DNA of 60,342 nucleotides from a bacterium (GTDB taxonomy: Bacteria > Chloroflexota > Dormibacteria > Aeolococcales > Bog-877). This document shows positions 9,588 to 18,401 of the stretch, one piece after another. A model generated the notes under the pieces. The model searched no databases and was not told the origin of the DNA. It worked only from the letters and a program-made list of their open reading frames with translations. Position numbers and translations under genes: made by a program. Each line of letters starts with the position of its first letter. Position 1 is the first letter of the stretch. Location: contig JAJZJU010000001.1 of assembly GCA_021809895.1 (NCBI GenBank), positions 1-60,342 on the forward strand, written 5' to 3'.

Positions 9588-11366
9588 CTACTGGTGAGAG
9601 CGCAAATCCACCTCGAGTTCGTCGACCCTGCGCTCTCGCTGACCCAGGGCGGCCAAGAGGGACTCCTGCCGCCCGGCCCCCGCCGACCTGCTGTCGGCGG
9701 CTGCGGAGATGGCCCCTCGCATGGTGGCCTCCAAAGCCTCGAGGGCTGCGGCGAGATCCCGCCGCCATTCCTGCTCCTGCGACCTCAGCCTCTCTACCGC
9801 ATCGTGGCGGACCCGCCCGCAGTGCCTGTCCACAAGCTCTTCGCCGCGACTCAAAGCGTCACGGCGGGCGAGCCCGATCCCGATGGCGCCCGGTGCCATC
9901 CCCTTGACTGCCGATGAGAGACGCTCCAGCGCAAGATCCTCGATCTTGGTCAGGACGAGGCGCCGGCTGCTCGGCCGCATGGCGGTGTGCAGGGACATCT
10001 GGCCCAGGGTCACCTGGAAAACCTCCGAGGCTGCCGCGAGCGCCTGCGCGAGCAGAGTGTTGGTGCGGTCGGCGTGGCGCCGTGCTATCTCGTCCAGCCC
10101 CACAGCCAACTCCGCCTCCAGTTCGGGAACGAACCGTCCAACCTCCTCCGTTATCACCGCCACCAGACGACGCTCCAGCCTGGGCCGCAGGCCATCGCGA
10201 CCCGCGGCGATCTCTCCTTCCACCCCCGCCCGCACGCTCGCCTCACCTCGCTGGCGGAACCTACCTATCGCCGGGTCGAGAGTGCTGGCCACCAGCCGCC
10301 GCATATCCCCGGCCAACACCTCCTCCGCCTCCAGACGCTGCCGGGAGACTTCCTGGAGGCGCTGGTCGAGCGCGCTGATGCGGCGATCCACCTCCTCGGC
10401 GGAGAGCGTCAGCGCGGCTCGCTCCAGCTGCAAAGCCTGTCGTTCCTGCTGCAGAGCCCGGTCCGCCACGTCCTTGGCCCGTTCCAGCAAGAACCGGCCG
10501 CGGTCCTCGACCAGGAAATGCTCCAGCGCTTGCGCCATGGCCTGGAAGCCTGGGTCCCGCAGGCGAGCCGAAATGGGATAGAGGGACAACTCCTCTCCTG
10601 GCGCCACCTCCTCGAGCACCGATGTCACAAACCGGATCGACTGCTGCAGATCCTCAGCCCCAAGCAGGTCGGCCTTGTTGAGGGCAAAGATCAGCCGGCT
10701 GACTTGCCCGCGGGCCGCGGCCAGAAAGTCCAACTCCGCTCGACTCGCCGGACTGTCCACCGAGAGCACGAAGAGCGCGGCATCTGCTTGAGCCAGCAGC
10801 TCATAGGCCGCCGTTGTGTTGTGAGCGTGGATCGATCCAATGCCGGGCGTGTCCACCAAGATGACGCCGGAGCGGAGGATCGGCGCTGGATGCTGGACCA
10901 GCACGCGGACCACTCCCCGGCGGTTGCCGGGATTGCCGGTCTCGGTGGCGTAGTCGCGCAGGGTGGAGGGATCGATCTTCACGCTGCCTCGCGAAGCCAG
11001 CTCCACCGTCACCTGAGATTCGGCACCATACTCGACCAGGAGTGGAACCGAGGTCATCGGGATCACCCCCACCGGCATCACCTCGGCGCCCAGCAGCGAG
11101 TTGATCAAAGTGCTCTTGCCGCGTTTGAACTCACCAAGGATGGCCAGTGTGAGCCGACCCTCGACGAGGCGCTTGGAGGCCGCGGAGCGGCGCTCCGCCT
11201 CCGCCGGGTCACTCCGCTTGCTTGCCATCTCCGCGAGGTGGTCGAGAATGGTCACCAGCTGCGCTCGACGGTCATGCCACTGGGACAGGGACGAGACTCC
11301 CCCCGGGTCCGAGGAGCTGCCTGCTGGGGACTGACCGGCGATGTCCAAAAGGCGGTTTGCGGTCAC
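9588..11366 (-). CDS. bacterial dynamin-like GTPase
   Basis: 592 aa. P-loop GEFKRGKSTLINSLLG, VDTPGIGS (G3), NKADLL (G4), followed by a long coiled-coil-like Arg/Glu/Leu-rich stalk. Confidence 0.8.
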   Translation of the reverse strand: MTANRLLDIAGQSPAGSSSDPGGVSSLSQWHDRRAQLVTILDHLAEMASKRSDPAEAERRSAASKRLVEGRLTLAILGEFKRGKSTLINSLLGAEVMPVGVIPMTSVPLLVEYGAESQVTVELASRGSVKIDPSTLRDYATETGNPGNRRGVVRVLVQHPAPILRSGVILVDTPGIGSIHAHNTTAAYELLAQADAALFVLSVDSPASRAELDFLAAARGQVSRLIFALNKADLLGAEDLQQSIRFVTSVLEEVAPGEELSLYPISARLRDPGFQAMAQALEHFLVEDRGRFLLERAKDVADRALQQERQALQLERAALTLSAEEVDRRISALDQRLQEVSRQRLEAEEVLAGDMRRLVASTLDPAIGRFRQRGEASVRAGVEGEIAAGRDGLRPRLERRLVAVITEEVGRFVPELEAELAVGLDEIARRHADRTNTLLAQALAAASEVFQVTLGQMSLHTAMRPSSRRLVLTKIEDLALERLSSAVKGMAPGAIGIGLARRDALSRGEELVDRHCGRVRHDAVERLRSQEQEWRRDLAAALEALEATMRGAISAAADSRSAGAGRQESLLAALGQRERRVDELEVDLRSHQ

Positions 11367-11480
11367 GACATCCTCTGGGCTTGATGGATCCCAGTAGAAG
11401 CCATCAGCCGGAATGTCCCGGCAGCAGCGGGCCTCATCGCCAGAGCCGACTGTAGCAGAGCAGGCGATCGGCGCCCAACC

Positions 11481-12728
11481 TCAGCTGGGAGCCGGTGTCG
11501 TGACACCTCCGGTCAGAAGCCTGGAGCCCAGCACCGTCGCCAGTGACAGCGCCATCCAGGCAGCCGCATAGGCAAATCCGACGCTGGGTGACACCGCCAC
11601 GTAGAGGAGTCCGACCACCGCCGAGGAGGTGAAGTCACCGACCGCCTGGGTCGCCCCCAGTAGCCCGAATCCGCTCCCGCGCAGGTGGTCGGGAAGGAGA
11701 CGGGCGAACAGCGTCGACTCCGCGGTCTCAGCCAGGCCGATCCCGCTGCCAGCCAGGAGGAAAGCCAGCAGCAGCAGCAGCGGTGCGTGAAGCGGCAGGG
11801 CGAAGCCCGCGTAGGCGAGGATGTACAGCCCCGCTCCGGTGGCGAAGACCACTCGGGCGTTGGCTCGGTCCAGCCAGTGCCCACCGAGCAGGGCCACGAC
11901 CGCGCCGAAGGCGTTGTGGCCGCTGTAGAGGAGGATGGCCAACAGGGTGGCCAGGGCCAGCGTGGTGGCGCCGTTGTGAAGAAGCTGGGTGGCGCGCAGG
12001 ATCAGCAGCGTGGTGGCGACGTTGCCCAGCTCGAAAAGGGCGATCGGTATGAGCGCACGCACCACCCCCGCATGGCGCAGAGCCGAGAGCTCCAGACGGA
12101 GCCGCCGGGGGACGATGCTTCCACCCTGGCGACGCGCCTCCCTGGCCGCCACCGAGATCGCCACCGCCGCCAGCGCCCCGGGTACGAATGCGAAGTAGAT
12201 CGCAGGGCGGATCCCGACCCAGGCCACCAGCCCTGCCGCCAGCAACGGTCCTGCCACCGCGCCCAGGTTGTCGCCAGCCCGCTCCAGACCGAACGCTCGG
12301 CCGTATCCGTGCTCCGGGGCCAGCGACGCCAGCAGGCTGTCGCGGGCGGGGGAACGCACCCCGCGGGATGTCCAGGCGAGCGCCCGTAGGACTCCCACCT
12401 GCCAGGCGGCCACGCAGAGCCCAATCGCGCCGGTGGCGACGGCCGTGCCCAGGTACCCGCTGCTGGCCAGGCGACCCCGCCGACCCTGCTCGTTGGCCAG
12501 GGGACCGGACAGCAGCTTGGCAACCCCGGTGAGCGCGTCGCTTATGCCTTCGATGAGCCCCAGGGTGGCCGCGCTGGAATGGAGGACCGAGACCAGAAAC
12601 GTGGGCAGGAGAGCGGTGGCGATCTCATGCCCGGAGTCGGAAAAAAAGCTGGTCAGTCCGACGCTGGCAACCCCCCTGCTCAACCAGGCGGCCGGTCGCT
12701 TGGGCAGGGAAGGATTCTCCCAACTCAC
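11481..12728 (-). CDS. MFS transporter
   Basis: 415 aa, about 12 hydrophobic segments, typical MFS loop composition. Confidence 0.7.
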   Translation of the reverse strand: MSWENPSLPKRPAAWLSRGVASVGLTSFFSDSGHEIATALLPTFLVSVLHSSAATLGLIEGISDALTGVAKLLSGPLANEQGRRGRLASSGYLGTAVATGAIGLCVAAWQVGVLRALAWTSRGVRSPARDSLLASLAPEHGYGRAFGLERAGDNLGAVAGPLLAAGLVAWVGIRPAIYFAFVPGALAAVAISVAAREARRQGGSIVPRRLRLELSALRHAGVVRALIPIALFELGNVATTLLILRATQLLHNGATTLALATLLAILLYSGHNAFGAVVALLGGHWLDRANARVVFATGAGLYILAYAGFALPLHAPLLLLLAFLLAGSGIGLAETAESTLFARLLPDHLRGSGFGLLGATQAVGDFTSSAVVGLLYVAVSPSVGFAYAAAWMALSLATVLGSRLLTGGVTTPAPS

Positions 12729-12795
12729 AGCGTCGCTCCGGAAAGGGTAGAGAACCTTGCCCGGTCACCTGCCTGCGGACCGCCGGCTCCTGGCA

Positions 12796-13839
12796 TCAGG
12801 CGACAGACACCACCAGCTTGCCGGTGAAGGAGCCCGACGCGAGCCTGGCGAAGGCTTGCTCGGCTTGGGCCAGCGGAAAGGTGGAGTCGATGATCGGGTG
12901 AAGCTGGCTCAGCTCCACCAACGAGAGCAGTGAGGAGAGCTCGGATCTGGTGCCCATCATCGACCCCATCACGCGCAGCTGCCGCCAGAAGACCCGCCGC
13001 AGATCGGCTGGAGGATCGCTTCCGGCGGTCGCACCCGCTACCACGACCACACCGCCGCGTCGGAGCACCCGCAGGCTGGTCGCCCAGGTGGCCTCGCCAA
13101 CTGACTCGATCACGGCGTCCACCCCCTCCCCGTCGGTCAGACCGAGCACCTCGGACACAGCCTCCCGACCCGTCGCCACCACATGATGAGCCCCACGGTC
13201 CAGGGCGGCCTGGCGCTTGGCAGCCGACCGGCTGCTGACGACAACGCGCAGCCCGGCCGCCAGCGCCAGGCACTCGGCCGCGGTCGAGAGGCCGCCCCCG
13301 GCTCCCTGGATCAGAACCGTGTCTCCCGGGCGCAGGTCCGCCTTGGTGAAGAGCATCCTATAGGCGGTTAGATAAGCGGTGGGCAGGCACGCGGCCTCGG
13401 CCGCGCTCAACCCCTTTGGCAAAGCCAGGATGTTCCGGGCCGGCACCAGACAGTACTGGGCCAGGGTCCCCTCGAAGGGGCCCTCGGTGAGCATCGCGAA
13501 GTGGCGACAGAGTGTCTCGTCGGCCCCCAGGCAGGCCCTGCAGCGGCCGCAGGTGATGACCGCGTGGGCGATCACCGCAGCACCCAAGGGCAGTGTCTCG
13601 AAGGTGTCGGGCCCGTAGGCGTCCACCCGGCCTGCCACGTCGCAGCCGAGGATCCTCGGATACCGGCTCGGTGGAGCTCCCACTCCTCGCAGCGTCCACA
13701 GGTCGTGATGATTGAGAGATGCTGCTGTGACCACCAGACGGACCCATCCGGACGGGGGTTGCGGCATCTCCAGATCCCCGACCTGCAACTTGGCCAGAGG
13801 CTCTTCGGAGTCGGCTCCGATCGCGTAGGCAGCCAGCAT
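12796..13839 (-). CDS. zinc-binding medium-chain alcohol dehydrogenase / quinone reductase family
   Basis: 347 aa. CGRCRACLGADETLC structural-Zn Cys cluster and GAGGGLS nucleotide-binding motif. Confidence 0.8.
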   Translation of the reverse strand: MLAAYAIGADSEEPLAKLQVGDLEMPQPPSGWVRLVVTAASLNHHDLWTLRGVGAPPSRYPRILGCDVAGRVDAYGPDTFETLPLGAAVIAHAVITCGRCRACLGADETLCRHFAMLTEGPFEGTLAQYCLVPARNILALPKGLSAAEAACLPTAYLTAYRMLFTKADLRPGDTVLIQGAGGGLSTAAECLALAAGLRVVVSSRSAAKRQAALDRGAHHVVATGREAVSEVLGLTDGEGVDAVIESVGEATWATSLRVLRRGGVVVVAGATAGSDPPADLRRVFWRQLRVMGSMMGTRSELSSLLSLVELSQLHPIIDSTFPLAQAEQAFARLASGSFTGKLVVSVA

Positions 13840-14442
13840 GGCATTACACCTCCAAGCCGTGCGAGAAGGGCCTGACTCGACTCCCGGAGCTCGCCCCTCC
13901 GGTCAGTCTATCGAGGCTCTGCCGCAGGCGCCGGCCGACCAGATCGAGTGGAAAAGAGAGCATCCGCCCGATGGTCCAGCCATACCGGCGGCAAGGACCC
14001 ACTTGCACTGCGGAACCGTACGAGGCGGATCGCGTCATGGCCTACCCACCCGCTTGGGTCACCGTTGGTCGAACAGCCATCCAGCTCCTGTGGTCCTCGC
14101 CTGTCGGCCTCACTTCGCGCCTGAAAACCCGTAGCCGACCTGGGTCCACGGAGGCATCGCTTCGACGTCCCGGAGTTCCGGCAGGATGCCGCTCCGGCCC
14201 CGAGACCGGTCGAAGCCAGGTTCAGGACGCGACCGGCTGGACTGAGTTTGGGAAGGGCCTCGGCGCTGCCGCGTCGTCGTTACCGACTTGCCTCGCCTGT
14301 CGGGGCCCTCCATCCGTGGCTGGCTCCCGGGCCAAGCTAACCAGCTGGCCTGGGGCGGCAACTGATCTATTCTTCGTTCAAGATGGCAGCCATCCCCAGA
14401 GCGGCGAGGGCGGCTCGACCTCATCGGCCGGGGTACGAGGGT

Positions 14443-15672
14443 ATGCCCTCGGTCAGCCCGATCATCATCGAGTCGCTGAGAGCGCGCATGGAGCGGGTCT
14501 CTCGACGCATGGCCATCGAGATGGCCCGCACCATTCCCATGGCGGAGGGTGTGGACGGAGGCTCCGCCTTCGGCAGCGAGGTGTTGGCCGCCTGCCGTGA
14601 GGGGGTTGGGACCCTGCTATCACTTTGGGCCGAGGCGCGCGCCCCGTCACATCTGGAGTTGCAGCAGCTCTCCCGCATGGGCGGAAGGCTGGCCAGCACC
14701 GGAGTGCCCTTGGACGCCATCTTGCGCGCCTACCGGGTGGCGGCGCTGGTGATCTGGCAGCACGTCATAGATGTGGTCCGCAACCACCCGGAGATCGACG
14801 CCCAGTCCGTGCTCACCGCCGTCGGCCCCCTGTTCGACTACCTCGACTCGATCAGCGTGGCGGTCAGCACCAGCTATCTGGAGACCAGGGAGCGAACCAG
14901 GCGAGAGCAGGACCGCCAGTACGACCAATTCTTCGCCGAGGTGCTTCAGGGGACAGCCGATCAAGAGATGGTGGCGCGCGCAGCTGCGGGCGGCACCGTG
15001 CTGGAGTTCCCGTATCAGGTGGTGGTCAGCTCCGCGGACGACACCTCGGCGGAGGCCACCATCGCCACCGCCTGGATGGTGGTCGGGGCACAGGTGGCCC
15101 TGTACCAGTCGACGGTGGTCGCCCTGGTCCCCGCCCAGGTCAAGATCTCCACCTTGCAAAGACTCCTGCGGGTGGCGGTGGGCAGACAGGTCGTGCCCTG
15201 GGACATCGCCTGGGGGCCAGCTGCTCGCGACCTGTCAGCGGTCCCAGCCGCCGTCAGAGCCGCCAAGGACGCCCTGGTGGTCGGCCAGATCCTCATGCCC
15301 GACCAGCATCTCTACTTTTCCAACCAGCTTCATCCCTACCTAAGCTGGCTGCACGACCTGCCCGGGTTATCGGACTTCGTATCCGGGACCCTGGGGCCGA
15401 TTCTGGCCCGCGAGCGGGTGCGCCGCACCCCCTTGCGCGAGACCCTGGAGGCGGTGCTAACCAGGGGGGGGCTCTCCGAGGCCGCCAGAGCCCTGGGGAT
15501 TCATCGCCACACCCTGCTCTATCGCCTGGAGAGAATTGAGAAGTTGATCGGTCCCTGGGAGCAACCGGACGATCGGCTCAGACTGGAGCTGGCGCTGCGC
15601 GGCTACCGGCTGTTGGCGGCCATCTCGGACGAAATGCAGCCGGCTTCGACGCGCTCCACCGGCCTCGCCTGA
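14443..15672 (+). CDS. PucR/CdaR-family transcriptional regulator
   Basis: C-terminal HTH AARALGIHRHTLLYRLERIEKLIG. Start set to ATG 14443 (MPSVSPIIIESL...), but the upstream GTG/ATG at 14383 is also possible. Confidence 0.75.
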   Translation: MPSVSPIIIESLRARMERVSRRMAIEMARTIPMAEGVDGGSAFGSEVLAACREGVGTLLSLWAEARAPSHLELQQLSRMGGRLASTGVPLDAILRAYRVAALVIWQHVIDVVRNHPEIDAQSVLTAVGPLFDYLDSISVAVSTSYLETRERTRREQDRQYDQFFAEVLQGTADQEMVARAAAGGTVLEFPYQVVVSSADDTSAEATIATAWMVVGAQVALYQSTVVALVPAQVKISTLQRLLRVAVGRQVVPWDIAWGPAARDLSAVPAAVRAAKDALVVGQILMPDQHLYFSNQLHPYLSWLHDLPGLSDFVSGTLGPILARERVRRTPLRETLEAVLTRGGLSEAARALGIHRHTLLYRLERIEKLIGPWEQPDDRLRLELALRGYRLLAAISDEMQPASTRSTGLA

Positions 15673-15771
15673 GGCGTCCCGACCAACGTGTGCCTGCCGG
15701 GGCACAACTCATCTCCCGATGACATCCCCAGCGACGGCAACGGTTGACCCTGGACAATACTGAGCAACCTC

Positions 15772-16155
15772 ATGATCCTTCGCGCAACCTCGTCCCACCG
15801 CAGTGATGGCGCCCTGGCCACGGCGTCACTGCTGGGCACCCTGGACGTCGCCAGCTTTCTCTTGACCCGGCGCCAAGTCATCTTCAGAGAGTCATTAGGA
15901 AGAGCACTCGGGTCGGTCACCGGACTCGTGCTGTGGTCCAGCTTGGCGGGCGCCGGCTGGGCCGAGCGCCGCGGCCGCGGGAAGCGTCTACTCGGTGGCG
16001 TCGTCACCTACTTGGCGGTTGCCTGCGGGGCTGGCAACCTGGCGTTGATGGTGGTCCATTTCAAGGTCGGCAAGGGCCGTGGGCGGGCCCTGCTCGGAGG
16101 CAGCTTGGGAGCGATTGCCCTGACCTCGGCCCTGGATCGTATCTCCGGGGCCTGA
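15772..16155 (+). CDS. hypothetical small membrane protein
   Basis: 127 aa ORF with about 3 hydrophobic segments. No recognisable family. Confidence 0.35.
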   Translation: MILRATSSHRSDGALATASLLGTLDVASFLLTRRQVIFRESLGRALGSVTGLVLWSSLAGAGWAERRGRGKRLLGGVVTYLAVACGAGNLALMVVHFKVGKGRGRALLGGSLGAIALTSALDRISGA

Positions 16156-16227
16156 TCGCGTCCCGCAGATGACCTGGGGATGGGGTCCTTTACAGCTCAG
16201 GTCAACCTCCTGCGCTCTCGCCGGAAG

Positions 16228-16299
16228 TACCCGCACGGGGAGTCGAACCCCGGTTACCACCTTGAAAGGGTGATGTCCTGACCGCTAGACGATGCGGGC
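16228..16299 (-). tRNA. tRNA-Glu (anticodon UUC)
   Basis: Hand-folded 72 nt cloverleaf: acceptor GCCCGCA/TGCGGGT, anticodon stem TCACC/GGTGG, loop CTTTCAA, T arm CGGGG-TTCGACT-CCCCG. CCA is not encoded. Confidence 0.9.
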
Positions 16300-16375
16300 G
16301 CTGCACGACCCGTTGCCTATACTCGCAGGAAGAGTCTTGGTGGCCAATGAGCCACCGACAACGACAGGATGGAGC

Positions 16376-16600
16376 ATGGCAGGAAGAGAGTCTCCCGAGA
16401 ACGAGTTGAACCACGATGACCCGAACGAGGTCGCCCGCAGATACAGCAAGCTGGGTGCAACCGGCGTTTCTGTGAGCAGCGACCCAAGAGCCAGCGCTGT
16501 GTCCCCAGGATCGCCTCTCGAAGGATGGGTGGTGGCCACCGCCCTGATCCTGGCCAGTTGCCTGGCCATGGGTATCTACCTGGTCGTCCTGCACCATTGA
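16376..16600 (+). CDS. hypothetical small protein with C-terminal TM helix, translationally coupled to gltX
   Basis: ATG 16376 is preceded by GGATGGAG. 74 aa ending in WVVATALILASCLAMGIYLVVLHH. Its TGA (16598-16600) overlaps the candidate TTG start of gltX (16597). Confidence 0.3.
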   Translation: MAGRESPENELNHDDPNEVARRYSKLGATGVSVSSDPRASAVSPGSPLEGWVVATALILASCLAMGIYLVVLHH

Positions 16601-18063
16601 CGGATCTCTCCGCGCGGTCCCTTCCCGGTAACCGCCGGCTCAGATTCGCCCCCTCGCCAACCGGCCAACTTCACATCGGCAGCGTTCGGACTGCCCTGCT
16701 CAGCTACTGCCTCGCCGGCCACGATGGGCGCTTCTTGGTGCGCATCGAGGACACCGACCGTGAGCGGTTTGTCCCCACCGCGACGACTGGGTACCTAGAG
16801 GCCATGGCCTGGATGGGACTGCGCTGGGACGAGGGCCCTGACATCGGGGGTCCATGCGCGCCCTACGTTGAGTCGGAGCGCTTGGAGCACTATCACCAGG
16901 CTGCGGACCACCTCCTCGGCACCGGAGCGGCGTACCGGTGCTTCTGTTCCAGGGAGAGGCTAGACGACCTGCGAGCAGCACAAAAGGCGGCCGGCCAACC
17001 GACCCGCTACGACCGGCGGTGCTGGCGCCTGCAGCCTACCGAAGTACAGGCCGAGCTCGACCGCGGGGCCAGTTCCGTGATCCGCCTGCTGATGCCGGAA
17101 GGTGAAAGCCGCTGGGATGACCTGGTGCTCGGACCTCAGGAGTTCCAGAACGCCGAGATCGACGATCAGGTGCTGATCAAGTCTGACGGCTTCCCCACCT
17201 ATCACCTGGCTCACGTTGTCGACGACCATCTGATGGAGATCACCCATGTCGTCCGGGGGGTGGAATGGGTGCCATCAACCCCCAAACATCTGGCGGTGTA
17301 CCGAGCCATGGGATGGGTGCCACCCGAGTTCGCGCACGTGCCTCTTGTGCTCGGCTCCGATCACAAGAAGCTGTCCAAGCGGCACGGCTCGGTGGCGGTG
17401 ACGGAATACCGTGACATGGGCTACCTGCCCGAGGCGCTCGCGAACATGATCGCCTTCTTGGGATGGTCGCCAGGGACCGAGGAGGAGATCTTCAGCTTGG
17501 AGGAGCTCAGGACGCGCATGACCTTCGACCGCCTCCAGTCCAGCCCCGCGGTCTTCGACCAGCAGCGGCTCGACCACCTCAATGGGGTGTGGATCCGCCG
17601 GCTCTCGATCCCTGATCTAGCTCAGCGCCTGCGACCGTTCCTGCCCCAGGCACAGAAGCCTCAGCTCGAACCCATCGCCGCCATGGTACAGGAACGCATC
17701 CATCGCCTCGATGAGGTGCCGGGGTTGCTGCGGTTTGCCTTCGCCGATCCCGATCCCACCATGGAGGAGCTCATCGGCCGACTTGAGCCCGCGACGGCGG
17801 CCGACTTTCTTCGCGCCTCAATCGACCTCGTGGACGGCAGCTCCGACGACCTGATGAGCAGCTTGAGGAGAGCCGCGGAGGCGTCCGCCTCGGACCAGGG
17901 ATCGATCAACCGCCACGTGCGCGACTGCATGCAGGTGGTGCGGGTGGCGATCACCGGGCAGCGGGTCTCGCCGCCACTGCCGGAATCCATCGCCCTGATC
18001 GGCAAGGAGGCAGCCCGGAGCCGACTCCGGCGGGCCCTGGCGAAAATCGCCATGGTCCGCTGA
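16597..18063 (+). CDS. gltX: glutamate--tRNA ligase
   Basis: RFAPSPTGQLHIGSVRTAL (HIGH) and KLSKRHG (KMSKS) motifs. The track ORF begins at 16525 with an implausible Pro/Gly-rich N-terminus, and TTG 16597 gives a canonical N-terminal length. The start remains uncertain. Confidence 0.9.
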   Translation: MTDLSARSLPGNRRLRFAPSPTGQLHIGSVRTALLSYCLAGHDGRFLVRIEDTDRERFVPTATTGYLEAMAWMGLRWDEGPDIGGPCAPYVESERLEHYHQAADHLLGTGAAYRCFCSRERLDDLRAAQKAAGQPTRYDRRCWRLQPTEVQAELDRGASSVIRLLMPEGESRWDDLVLGPQEFQNAEIDDQVLIKSDGFPTYHLAHVVDDHLMEITHVVRGVEWVPSTPKHLAVYRAMGWVPPEFAHVPLVLGSDHKKLSKRHGSVAVTEYRDMGYLPEALANMIAFLGWSPGTEEEIFSLEELRTRMTFDRLQSSPAVFDQQRLDHLNGVWIRRLSIPDLAQRLRPFLPQAQKPQLEPIAAMVQERIHRLDEVPGLLRFAFADPDPTMEELIGRLEPATAADFLRASIDLVDGSSDDLMSSLRRAAEASASDQGSINRHVRDCMQVVRVAITGQRVSPPLPESIALIGKEAARSRLRRALAKIAMVR

Positions 18064-18178
18064 CGGCCTGACCCTCAGATCGGGCACAGGACAGCCCCCA
18101 CCCGGCACGGTAGTATCGTCGGCGACCGTCTCCGGGAATCGCTGGTAAGGGTCACCAGCTCCCGTGCGTGAACGACGG

Positions 18179-18250
18179 TGGGGCGTGGCCAAGTGGTAAG
18201 GCGCCTGACTCTGGATCAGGAGATCGGAGGTTCGACCCCTCCCGCCCCAG
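18179..18250 (+). tRNA. tRNA-Gln (anticodon CUG)
   Basis: Hand-folded 72 nt cloverleaf: acceptor TGGGGCG/CGCCCCA, anticodon stem CCTGA/TCAGG, loop CTCTGGA, T arm GGAGG-TTCGACC-CCTCC. Confidence 0.9.
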
Positions 18251-18401
18251 CGCCTAACTTCGATAGGAGCACTTAACTCCTTGGAAAGAACCACTAAAGG
18301 GCGCTGCAAGAAGGGTGCAATTTTGGGGTGTCAAGCGCTGTTGAAGATCACCTTCGCCAAAAAGGTGCTGTAAAGAGTTAAGATCTTTACCGGAGATCAA
18401 A

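Noticed and set aside
9588-11366. Dynamin-like gene as an Eleos/LeoABC-type anti-phage system
   Set aside because: Those systems need two or three adjacent dynamin-like or partner genes. Here the gene is solitary and sits in core-looking context.
9987-11384. 465-aa plus-strand ORF and other large ORFs antisense to the dynamin-like gene
   Set aside because: These are shadow frames of a gene with clear GTPase motifs on the other strand. The same reasoning applies to 23026-24153(-), 47101-48026(-), 51249-52289(-), 54083-55186(+), 37556-38602(+) and similar entries.
13971-14600. 209-aa plus-strand ORF in the ADH/PucR intergenic region
   Set aside because: It runs into the PucR coding region in another frame and has Pro/Arg/Gly-rich composition with no motifs.
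18290-18385. Loose repeats (AAGGGCGCTGCAAG / AAGGGTGCAA / AAAGGTGCTGTAA) between tRNA-Gln and the integrase as arm-type sites
   Set aside because: They are too short and degenerate to distinguish from chance by eye. They are noted only as part of the AT-richer spacer.
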